A stretch of DNA of 63,879 bases, the filler included, from Stramenopiles sp. TOSAG23-2 (taxonomy: Eukaryota), in assembly GCA_900128395.1 (NCBI GenBank). It is 3 parts of 3 records of this genome, joined end to end, with 100 filler letters (N's around TTAATTAATTAA, not from the genome) between each part and the next. Parts side by side here need not be neighbours in the genome. Positions count along the whole stretch, not along the records: positions 1 to 23,293 come from LT649491.1; 2 more parts are not named here. One strand, written 5' to 3'. Of the stretch, positions 1 through 9,501 are shown in pieces. Below the pieces are notes generated by a model. That model did no database searches, was not told where the DNA came from, and was given only the letters and a program-made list of their open reading frames with translations. The position numbers were made by a program, and so were the translations under genes. Positions within the stretch are counted from its first letter, which is position 1. Every line of letters begins with the position of its first letter.

Positions 1-617
1 GAGATTTAACATTTTTTGTTTTGTTTGATCAACAACACAATAATATCTTTTCTATGTAGCTTCTTCTTCCTGTCTCTATTATATTAATTTCAATTAATTA
101 TATGGTAGACCTAAAATGTGAAAATGTGTCTTGCACACACATGTGTGTGTGTATGTGTGGTGTTACTCCGGGTACCTGAGCATATAAACTTAGCATTGCA
201 AGCGAAGCGTATATACTCAGGATCGCTTTGGCAGAACTATTGCCAGATGCACCCTAATCCTAACCCGACCTTCCAAAAATATGTTAAAAAAGACGGATAT
301 TTCTAAGATATATTGAAATTTAAGTAAATGTTTTGGCTTTTTAGAAAATTAAATTGGAAATACAAATTACCACCGGTGCATTTAGAATAAAATTACACCA
401 TGTGTAGATTACCACCAGTAGGATAGAAAGATACACATTGATAGAAATAAAAATATTACACATTATCACCTGTTTGTAGATACCTATATATTATCTAAAC
501 ATTGCATGTATGTGTGTATATATGTGCTACATTTATCTTAATGACAGAGGATATTAAACATTAAAAAATATTAATGTATATATATATGTTATATATGTAT
601 ATATATATAACCTTTAG

Positions 618-914
618 AAATATAAATATTATGGTGTAATAATTGCTGCAGTTTGTGATAGAAAATGGTATGTTTGTGACCAAAATGACCCTGATTGTCG
701 ACGGTATGCTGGTACGACACTTTGTACCTTAGCAACAGCATGTCCAACTCGTTTGAAAATAGTCGAAAATGGTGGTTTAGTACCTTTAGTGAAAATGGAA
801 GCATTGGTATTTTTAGAATGCCAACGTGCATCTGCACTAGCATTGTTCAATTTATCATGCTCTCCACAAAATCAAATCTCAATTACTGCAGAGAATGAGG
901 GAACCACACAGTGA
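618..914 (+). pseudogene. Armadillo-repeat (Vac8-like) coding fragment or orphan exon
   Basis: Open frame not in the ORF track. It follows a tttag and reads ...DPDCRRYAGTTLCTLATACPTRLKIVENGGLVPLVKM...ECQRASALALFNLSCSPQNQISI..., matching the ARM consensus (IVExGGLxPLV, A+xALxNLS). No upstream partner exon identified. Confidence 0.55.
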
Positions 915-1371
915 TGTTTGGTAAAGATGTTGTGAAACGCGTAATCCAATTGGCACAGTTGCTGTTTTTTAATCAACAAGGAAATGCCAAGCGCAATATT
1001 TTACTTGGAAAATGTAAATCAAAAGATACAACAGCACCAAAGATAATTATTCTTGTGAGTCAGATGCCGGGTGCTTTCTTATTAGCGAAAGATCACAACT
1101 ACGTGTGTTGCTTTTGTTAAAGTTTGTGGGTTTTGTGGTCTCGCTATAATTATCTTAAACGGAATTGTGCAAAATGCAGATGGAGGGAATATTTAAGATA
1201 GGTTTTAATCAATTTTTATTTTTTATATAAGATGAAAATACTCTAAGTTACGAGTATTTTTTATTTGAAATCAAAATAATTGTTTGTTTGTAATATTTCT
1301 TTATTAATGATGATATATGTGTGTATGATATGATATGATATATAAATATGCATTATGCATATATTTATATT

Positions 1372-2066
1372 GAGAGCGCTGAGCTAAGAGTCAATGAGAG
1401 GGTTAGAGAGTAGGGTATAAAAATTAACAATAACCATCATTGACCAAGTCATTCATTTACTCTCAAAAAAAGATAACCATGTCAAAAATGTGCTAGTTTT
1501 TCACGTTTTAAGTCATTCATTTACTCTCTTTTTGAGACAACCATGTCAAAAATGTGCTAGTTTTTCACGTTTTACGAATTTGGAAAAAAAAATTTCAAAA
1601 AAAGAAAAACGTAGGAACACGGAAGCCCCGGGCTTGCATGTTCCTACGTTTTTTGTTTTTCGATTTTTTCCCGCATAAATCCGTAAAACGTGAAAAACTA
1701 GCACATTTTTGCCATGTTTGTCTATTTTTGGCAAATGTGTCCCTCAGACGAAAAAATTGATGGTCGTACCACATAATTCCATATAAAACACTATTATTGT
1801 TGTATGTTGTGAGTTAATGTTAGTTCATATTTAAAATATACATACTTAGTGAACATATTAATGAAGTTTAAACGCACAGATATCATTTTTTCATAATTTT
1901 TTGTGTAAAACATGTGTGTCGTACACACTTCCATGAAGCATTTCAAACGACTTTGAAGGGCTAAAACAATGAGAAATAAAGTGTAATTATGTAGTGAATT
2001 TTTACCTTAAATTAACACTGACACAGCAGTGGATATTTTTACATTGACTCTTAGCTCAGCGCTCTC
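1372..2066. mobile_element. Non-autonomous TIR DNA transposon (MITE-like), 695 bp
   Basis: Perfect 25-bp terminal inverted repeats GAGAGCGCTGAGCTAAGAGTCAATG (1372-1396) and its reverse complement (2042-2066). Flanked by ATT on both sides (1369-1371, 2067-2069). No transposase ORF. Confidence 0.8.
1535..1723. repeat. Long imperfect palindrome inside the MITE; left arm partly tandem-duplicated (~1447-1573)
   Basis: Arms CATGTCAAAAATGTGCTAGTTTTTCACGTTTTACG / CGTAAAACGTGAAAAACTAGCACATTTTTGCCATG, inner AAAAACGTAGGAACA / TGTTCCTACGTTTTT, centre AAGCCC-C-GGGCTT at 1629. Confidence 0.9.
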
Positions 2067-2172
2067 ATTAAATATTTATTATAATATCATAACACATTTT
2101 TTCCTTTTGAAATTATTAAACCGGTATCATGTTATCAATTATTATTGAAATATTTAATCCGTATGTCGGTAA

Positions 2173-2604
2173 TCATTTGCTTGGGCTTCCTTCAACGCTA
2201 TAAAGTGTTCCATGTGACGATGCAATACTAACATTGGAGGGTGTGCGCGCAGGTAAGGAAACATTAGTATTTCGGAATATCTCTTCATATGCAATATCTA
2301 CATCATCATCCATGTTATTGTTTGCATTTGCATCTACTGCCATATCATGCATCATGTTATCATTTGTATTTGCATTTACTGTCTTCTTGATTTTTTTATC
2401 AATATAATACGTTTCTTTCCAAGCGCGTGTTATATCATATTTGGTTCGATTTGGTAGTAATTTTAAGTCCTTCTTACCGTAACGTACTACTAATCGTTCA
2501 TGTTGTAATAGTTGCCAAATCAATAATGAACCATTGCGCTTATGTAAGGATTTATTTGTAATACCATTTGATTCTACAATAGATGCAAGTGATTCTCGTA
2601 ACAT
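2173..2604 (-). CDS. Hypothetical protein or 3' gene fragment
   Basis: 143-aa ORF with protein-like composition (Asn/Asp tract) typical of this genome; no family recognised. Confidence 0.35.
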   Translation of the reverse strand: MLRESLASIVESNGITNKSLHKRNGSLLIWQLLQHERLVVRYGKKDLKLLPNRTKYDITRAWKETYYIDKKIKKTVNANTNDNMMHDMAVDANANNNMDDDVDIAYEEIFRNTNVSLPARTPSNVSIASSHGTLYSVEGSPSK

Positions 2605-3210
2605 TTTATACAGTTTTTATGTATATAATCACTTTACGTTACAATCAGTATTGTGTTATTCTGCTTTATATACAGTTCTTGACCACACTCTTGTCGTATA
2701 TATAATTTCTACCATCTTCGTGTAAGTTTCAGTATTATAGTATAAATATTATTATATAATCCCCTTCTCTCATCATATTGATGCAAAAAATTACATTCAT
2801 TCATTTTCAAAGGTGGATTTTTTTTTCCTGAAAATAAAAATTTTTCTCGTAGTGGTATTACGGCCTAAATGACGTAATGCTATTCACCTACTATATATTT
2901 AAGGTTATTCTCATCTGGCAGAAGGTCTGCCATTAGATTATCGAGTAGTATGTTGTATGTTGTATACTAGCTATAGCTATTGCTGGCTGGCCCAGCTGGA
3001 TTGCCAATGCACCAATCATCCTGGTGTGGTGGTTGCACAACAATAATAATATTTATTCATTATATTTATATTACAAACATTTAAAAGAAGAAACTAAAAA
3101 TATCATTATAATATTCTACAAAGAAAAAAAAGCGCATTTATCCAATACTGACCACATTCTTTGATCTAACAACCCAATCAGAAACTATAAACTACAATCC
3201 TAGAGAAAGT

Positions 3211-3951
3211 ATGTCAGCACTTGCACAAGAAACAAATGAAAGCAAACCTGTGGTCACTGAAGGTGGTTTAGCAGAAGATGTTGCAAAATTATCTGTGAGT
3301 GAGGATAAACCTTTATCCGAATCTTGGCTTGATCAAATGACATTTCACGTTGGCAAAATTAAATTAACAGCAGAGGGTGAAATACCAACAGATCAATGGC
3401 TAAACGCGTTTTGTGATCGGGCAGATAAATGTTATGATATTTTATTTGGCGGAGGAATGTTAGCTGGTCAATTAAAAGGTGATATAAACAATAGTCTTAC
3501 TACTGTTAAAAAACAATATGATGCAAATAAGGATAAATTTGTTACCATCGAACAGATGATTGAAATCGAAGTGAAAGCACGAGGAAAAAAAGATTGTTTT
3601 AAAGATAAGACATCTGCATGTATCGGGCAACTTTGGACATACAGAGCATTGAATTTCTTATGTACATTTATGGAATATATGGTAAAAGGTAACTTAACAC
3701 CTAGTCAGTGTGGCAAACAAACATATAAAGATTGCTTGGAAAGGTATCATGGATGGCTAGCACGTACTGCTGTTGGTAATGCAATGGGTTGGTGTCCAAC
3801 ACGGGAAAAAATCATCGAAAGCTTTCTATTTAAGACACAAGAGGAAATGGCTGAAGCAGCAAATCGTTATATTGCAGTATTACGCCCATTATTGAACCAA
3901 GTTATTGCAATTATGGATAAAAACGATGTTAATTTTCCTGATAAAGTTTAA
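3211..3951 (+). CDS. Glycolipid transfer protein (GLTP/HET-C2 fold)
   Basis: GLTP signatures LKGDINN, LWTYRALNFL, YKDCLERYHGW and CPTREK. Confidence 0.85.
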   Translation: MSALAQETNESKPVVTEGGLAEDVAKLSVSEDKPLSESWLDQMTFHVGKIKLTAEGEIPTDQWLNAFCDRADKCYDILFGGGMLAGQLKGDINNSLTTVKKQYDANKDKFVTIEQMIEIEVKARGKKDCFKDKTSACIGQLWTYRALNFLCTFMEYMVKGNLTPSQCGKQTYKDCLERYHGWLARTAVGNAMGWCPTREKIIESFLFKTQEEMAEAANRYIAVLRPLLNQVIAIMDKNDVNFPDKV

Positions 3952-4218
3952 TAATTTTTACTTATATATATATATGACTAGACCCCATCAATGACCCCGT
4001 TTTTTTTCTAAGCGAGAGAGAGGACTTCCAGTTGTCAAATAAATTTAGTATACTAATAAGTACAAATTACATATATTTTACTATCAAACCTCGTGCATTA
4101 TAATTCCTAGATCTTGCAAAAAATCATGAATTTTTGGAAAATTTGTATCATTTTTATTTTTAATCCAAGAAGATGCGATAAACGCACTCTGGAAATTGAG
4201 CATTTTTATAAAGGGCAT

Positions 4219-4468
4219 GACGGTGATTTTATACATATAAAGAATATTTTTTTTGATCAACAGAAAGTGAAATGACACAATGGTGAAGTTATATAATATA
4301 CATCTCCATTAATGAAATTAAGTAATCTGGTAATCCATCATCAGACGGTGATTTTATACATATAAAGAATATTTTTTTTGATCAACAGAAAGTGAAATGA
4401 CACAATGGTGAAGTTATATAATATACATCTCCATTAATGAAATTAAGTAATCTGGTAATCCATCATCA
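4219..4468. repeat. Perfect tandem duplication, 2 x 125 bp
   Basis: 4219-4343 equals 4344-4468 (GACGGTGATTTT...CCATCATCA). Confidence 0.9.
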
Positions 4469-4500
4469 CACAAAACACAAAAGTTACATTGGTTTAAGGT

Positions 4501-4843
4501 TACATTTTCACCCTTTCCCATCCGATCATATTTACATGTTTTTTTTTATTTTTTAATTTAAATTATTATGTTTTTTTTATTTTCCCCTCAATATTGGTTG
4601 AAATCTCTGGTCTAAGTACGGAGTAGTTGTATACTAGAAATATTTACCTATATAATATGTTATTTATCAATATCGGCCAGAAAAGTCCTCTCTCAGATAC
4701 ATGGGGTCATATATATATCAATTTTTTATTAATCTCTGGTCTAAGTACGGAGTAGTTGTATACTAGAAATATTTACCTATATAATTTGTTATTTATCAAT
4801 TTAGGGCCAAAAAAGTCCTCTCTCAGATACACCGGGTCATATA
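4501..4843 (+). repeat. Dispersed repeat family A, with an internal ~112-bp diverged direct repeat (4602-4713, 4731-4843)
   Basis: Core AATCTCTGGTCTAAGTACGGAGTAGTTGTATACTAGAAATATTTAC occurs at 4602 and 4731 and, with one mismatch, at ~8976. The upstream TTCCCATCCGATCATATTTACA is also shared with ~8890. Confidence 0.85.
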
Positions 4844-4894
4844 AATTATAATCAATATATATCATACATATGTGTCATACGTTTTAACGCCGCA

Positions 4895-6646
4895 TTAAAA
4901 ATCTAGAAACGGATTACTACCACCACTACCATTGCCAGTATTATTGTTGTGAGCACTTGGTTTACGAGGTGCAGGTTTACTAGGAGGCAAGCTGGTATTG
5001 TTTCCGCCATTGTTATTATGCATATTATTATTATTATTAACATTGAAAAACGGATCCATTCCACTATTATTATTAAAGTTATTTTGATTTTGCGATGGTG
5101 CAATACCAAATATGTCTTGGCTGTTACTATTAACATTATTACCTATTTCACCAAATGCATCAGTCGAGACACGCGTGTTATTTTTTTGATTGTTTGGCAT
5201 ACCTGAAAATCCAAAATCATCACCAAACGCATTCATTTCTGTTTTATTATTATTATTATTATCATTATTATTACTACCAAAAAAATTATCTTCCTGGTTT
5301 ACCTCAAAATGACCAAAAGTAGCGGCTGCAGGTGATGGCCAAGCATCGGTTGAATTAGCACGTTTAGCAGTATCGTCTAAAGACTTAGAGATATTCATAT
5401 CAGGGGACGAATTCCATGGGTCATAAGATTGATCGTTATTGGGACTTGAAGACGATGACGTTCTTGTTGTTGTTGTTGTTATATTTGGAGCGGTCGTGTC
5501 CCAGCCACTACCAAATGCATCATCACTGCTAAAATCAACATGATCAGTTACAATCTTGTCGTTGTTAACATTATTATTATTATTATTATACTCAACATTG
5601 CTGCCATTGGTATCGTCGTTGTTAAAGCTTGATGTATCGCCGAAACCCCAATCATCATCATTCCCGCCAACATCGGTGGAATCATTTTGAATATTAAAAA
5701 CATCTGCACCCCAATCGTCGTCATTATTATTATCATTTCCCATTGTATTAACCTTCTCGTTTCTTTTCAATCCTAGACTTGACCTTGATTTTGGTTTTTT
5801 CGGCAATTTTTTCAATGTGCTTGTTTTGTTACTGTTAATACTATTATTTGCTTTCGGCATTTTTTTCTTCTTGTCGGTATTTTTATTCATAGCCTCAAAA
5901 CGCTTTTCCATATCAGATAAACGCTTTTCTAGAACATAATCGCCTTCCCCTATAGTATCTTTTTTTAGTTTAAAAGCATCGCGCCTTAATTTCTCTTCCA
6001 ATTCCGTATGGTCCAAAAGATTTTTGACTGCACCATCTAATTTTCCAGTTGCAGTTCCTAATTCTTTAAATAGTTGGGTCTCAAATTGTATCAGTCGAGC
6101 GACACATGTTCTCATCACTTTGCAGTGCTCCATGCGAAATTTGCGAGTTTCCTCAACAGCTTTTAATTCTGCTGTTGCATATTGTTGCTTCCACTGCTTA
6201 AGCTTCTCTTCGTTTTTACGAAGATACTCTACCTTTGCCTTGCCTTTGGCTAGTTTGTCCTTAATGCCATTAATTTTCTTCTCATAATGATCCCTTTTCT
6301 TTTTTATTTCAATAAATTCTTTACTAGTTTTTTTTCGCTCTTTTACAACTTCAGTCCATTCGAGCAAAGGGTTTAGCACCAAATCATTAAACAATTTCGT
6401 CATGCGTTCTAAAGTTTTCGTTGCTAAATCTATATGCGCTTCGTCAAAACTCTTTAAATCTTCCATACCTACATCGATATCTTCAAAGACTTGCATCATT
6501 TGATTTGTATACCCTGTAAGGCTTGAACAGAATAGTTTTGTGCGCTGTGCGTATGTTTTCATTGACTCCCTGGCCCGCTTAGTGTTAATTACCGCTCTAT
6601 CAATAAAGGCATAACCCGCCATAATCTCAGCTTCTGGAGTTCCCAT
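4895..6646 (-). CDS. BAR-domain protein with disordered endocytic-motif tail (amphiphysin-like, no SH3)
   Basis: Helical N-terminal ~215 aa with BAR-like LVLNPLLEW...KKRDHYEKKI...KNEEKL. Tail has DDDW, DPW, DPF, FGDDFGF, PxxP and a terminal NPF. Confidence 0.7.
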   Translation of the reverse strand: MGTPEAEIMAGYAFIDRAVINTKRARESMKTYAQRTKLFCSSLTGYTNQMMQVFEDIDVGMEDLKSFDEAHIDLATKTLERMTKLFNDLVLNPLLEWTEVVKERKKTSKEFIEIKKKRDHYEKKINGIKDKLAKGKAKVEYLRKNEEKLKQWKQQYATAELKAVEETRKFRMEHCKVMRTCVARLIQFETQLFKELGTATGKLDGAVKNLLDHTELEEKLRRDAFKLKKDTIGEGDYVLEKRLSDMEKRFEAMNKNTDKKKKMPKANNSINSNKTSTLKKLPKKPKSRSSLGLKRNEKVNTMGNDNNNDDDWGADVFNIQNDSTDVGGNDDDWGFGDTSSFNNDDTNGSNVEYNNNNNNVNNDKIVTDHVDFSSDDAFGSGWDTTAPNITTTTTRTSSSSSPNNDQSYDPWNSSPDMNISKSLDDTAKRANSTDAWPSPAAATFGHFEVNQEDNFFGSNNNDNNNNNKTEMNAFGDDFGFSGMPNNQKNNTRVSTDAFGEIGNNVNSNSQDIFGIAPSQNQNNFNNNSGMDPFFNVNNNNNMHNNNGGNNTSLPPSKPAPRKPSAHNNNTGNGSGGSNPFLDF

Positions 6647-7496
6647 GGTTCAAAAATAATATTATAAATATATATTTTAATTATACTATTAAAAAAAATA
6701 TTATATATATGAAGAAAGTTGTTTTTGATGCTCTATAATGTACGTATATATATATATATTCTTTTTCTTCTTCTTCTTCTTTGCAACTATACAGACAATC
6801 TATACTATGGTGATTAAAGTATAAATGTATAATATATGTATTATTTCCCTCTTGCTTTGTTTAATCTATAATATCTATCTTTGTTGTATATAAGTTGTTC
6901 ATGTTTTATCTCTCTCCTCCTTATAAAATTATTATATAAAATTGATAGACGACTATACTAGAGCTACTGTATGCCGCCTGCTACTGTAAGGCCTGGCGCT
7001 ATCCTGTCGCTATAATTTCAATAATAGTTTGCTATGTGCATATACATTTTCAGTACTCATATTAAATTATTTAATACTATTAATTTATTGTGCGATTATA
7101 TCCTTAATACAGTGCTGCAGTGCTACTGCCATGCTGTATAGCTACAGTATCTTTACAGTAAATCTCTGCTGTGGTTATTATTATGTGAAACCAGAGAGGA
7201 CTCTCGGACTCTCTCTGGTGAAACTATAATCGAATGAGGTCCAGGAGTGCTTAAGCAAAGCGTCGAGGCACTCGACTAGTCCAGGAGGATGTATAATAAT
7301 AACATTGAATACATCAGTATTAATACTTATATGCAAGAGATAACATAACATCATTACAAGAATTAGAAAGGATACAATTATCTTCTAAATCATAGTATCA
7401 ACAATCATAATAGTACATTGTCCTCTTTATATTGCTTATTTTGAACAAATAATATTGTTTCTTTTGATATTTTAAATGTAAATTAATTTCGATACA

Positions 7497-8679
7497 ATGA
7501 ATTATGTACTTGTAATATTCGTTGTCATAAATTTGATTCTTTTACAAAAAGAAGTAAGAATGCTACATGCAAAGAAAAATAAAAGGAAACAGAAGAAAAC
7601 TAAAAAACGCCCTGGTTTAGGTATGGTTGGATTGTGCTCAAAGAATATTTGCCAATTTACAATGGGTGGAGATGAAAAGTCTGGATCACCTGGGACAAGA
7701 TACGTGGAATTACAAAGTTATAAAATTGATCGAACGTCGGTAACAAACCAAATGTTTCGAAAATATATCAAAGAAACGAAATATAAGACCGAAAGTGAAC
7801 ATTTTGGCTGGAGTTTTGTATTTGACCCGCTCGTGTCGGATCAAGTTAGAAAAGATAACCCACAGACGCTGGAAAAAGGAGGTAAGCATTGGAGAGCAGT
7901 AGGATCAGCATATTGGCGCAAGCCAGAGGGTGTGGACAGTAATTTGAAAGAAAGATGGGAATATCCTGTCGTCCATATTTCAAAAAATGATGCAGAAGAT
8001 TATTGCAAATATTATGGCTTGCGCTTGCCAACTGAGGCAGAATGGGAATATGCGGCTAGAGGTAAGTGAAACGCATAGCAAAAACTTTAAAGATGCCTAA
8101 TATATAACTAACCAATATTTATTTATAACTGTATTATTTTATTGATGTAAAGGTGGTATAGGTTTGTATCCATGGGGAGATGGTACAAAACCATTTTTGA
8201 ATAATAAATGGATGATGAATGTATATAATGGAACAGATTTTCCTAATGATGATACAGGAAAAGATGGTTTTGTAAATGTATGCCCAGCAACAGCATTTCA
8301 TCCGAATAATTATGAGATATACAATATGTTAGGTAACATATGGGAATGGACGCAATCAAAGTTCGTTACTCAGGATTCGCAAAGTAACCAATTTGTTTTG
8401 AAAGGTGGAAGTTTTATTGACTCTATTGACGGCTTAATCAACCACAAAGTCACTGCAACAACAAGAATGGGTAACACAGCTGATGCTGGGTCAAATAATG
8501 TAGGCTTCCGTTGTTGTAAAGGTCTAGGCGGCGGGCGTAAGGCACCGCCAGATCAAAAGAAAATTGAAAAGATCATGGCTGAAAGTGGTGTTGAAGGAGT
8601 TCAAGAATATTTGGCATCACAAGGTAGCAATATGCAAGCTATATCCGCGAAAGACATGGTGGACCAATATCAAAAGTAA
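7497..8679 (+). CDS. SUMF2: FGE-sulfatase family protein, SUMF2/pFGE-like; 2 exons (7497-8061, 8153-8679)
   Basis: Signal peptide, [46 protein letters not shown] and [19 protein letters not shown]. Intron 8062-8152 (GTAAGT...ACTAAC...AAG) rejoins the frame as [11 protein letters not shown]. Confidence 0.8.
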
Positions 8680-8876
8680 AATGTGTATGCATATTTTGTA
8701 TGTCATATATATGACATTATATGAAAAAGCGCCTGCAAAGAAAAAAGGAAGTGAAAAGAGGAAGGCGCCTGTAAAGGACAGCAAACGTGCAAAGCAAACC
8801 AGTAAAAACGTCAAACGGGTGTAAATAATTCATCGCAAATAAAATCAATATATTTGTGTTTTATTGTTTTATTTGT

Positions 8877-9038
8877 ACATTTTCACACATTCCCATCCGA
8901 TCATATTTACACATGTTTTTTATTTATTTATTATTAATTTTGATGCATGTTTTTTTCCCTCAAATATTGGTTGAAATCTCTGGTCTAAGTATGGAGTAGT
9001 TGTATACTAGAAATATTTACAACCCTATATAATATGTT
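8877..9038 (+). repeat. Second locus of dispersed repeat family A
   Basis: Colinear similarity to 4501-4660. Bounded by a weak 12-bp AT-rich inverted repeat (TATTTGTACATT 8870 / AATGTACAAATA 9043). Confidence 0.8.
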
Positions 9039-9501
9039 TAATAATGTACAAATATAAAATAAATATATCTTAATATATACATACGATGTTCGTAAATTTT
9101 AACCACATATGATGTATATAAAAAATTCTCTTATTCATAATTTAAAGATTTTATTTACTCATAAATATATATAATATTATAATATAATATCATATGTAAA
9201 CACTAAAAACGATGGATACTTATAATAATATGTCAAAAGCAATTTCATAAAATGGAAAAGATAATGCCACCATGTCCTCATGCAATTCCTTATATTGATT
9301 TCCGTCTTTAAAAAATCCCGTTATGCCCCGGTCATCATCATGGGAGTTCTCCATTCGAGTGTCGGTTTTTGTATTTGTTTTTGATTTAACCGTGTGACCA
9401 ATAGAGTCATTCCTGATGTGTTCCGTGTCATGATGTATATATATATTATCATTAATCCATACGTACATTTTAATACATATGTGTGTGTTTCTCTGTTCTT
9501 T

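Noticed and set aside
589-898. Listed ORFs 589-843(-), 629-850(-) and 695-898(+)
   Set aside because: Shadows of the unlisted + frame 618-914, which has the recognisable ARM pattern; no transposase motif found beside the MITE.
1447-1723. CRISPR-like repeats and short ORFs (1490-1760) in the MITE
   Set aside because: Only two direct copies plus an inverted one, no unique spacers, no cas genes, eukaryotic context; the ORFs are by-products of the palindrome.
7180-7290. Possible hammerhead ribozyme (two GAAAC words flanking a stem)
   Set aside because: The required CUGANGA core is not present on either strand.
8564-8824. Lys-rich ORF after the SUMF2-like stop as an extra exon
   Set aside because: No convincing donor/acceptor pair could be fixed from sequence alone; left unannotated.
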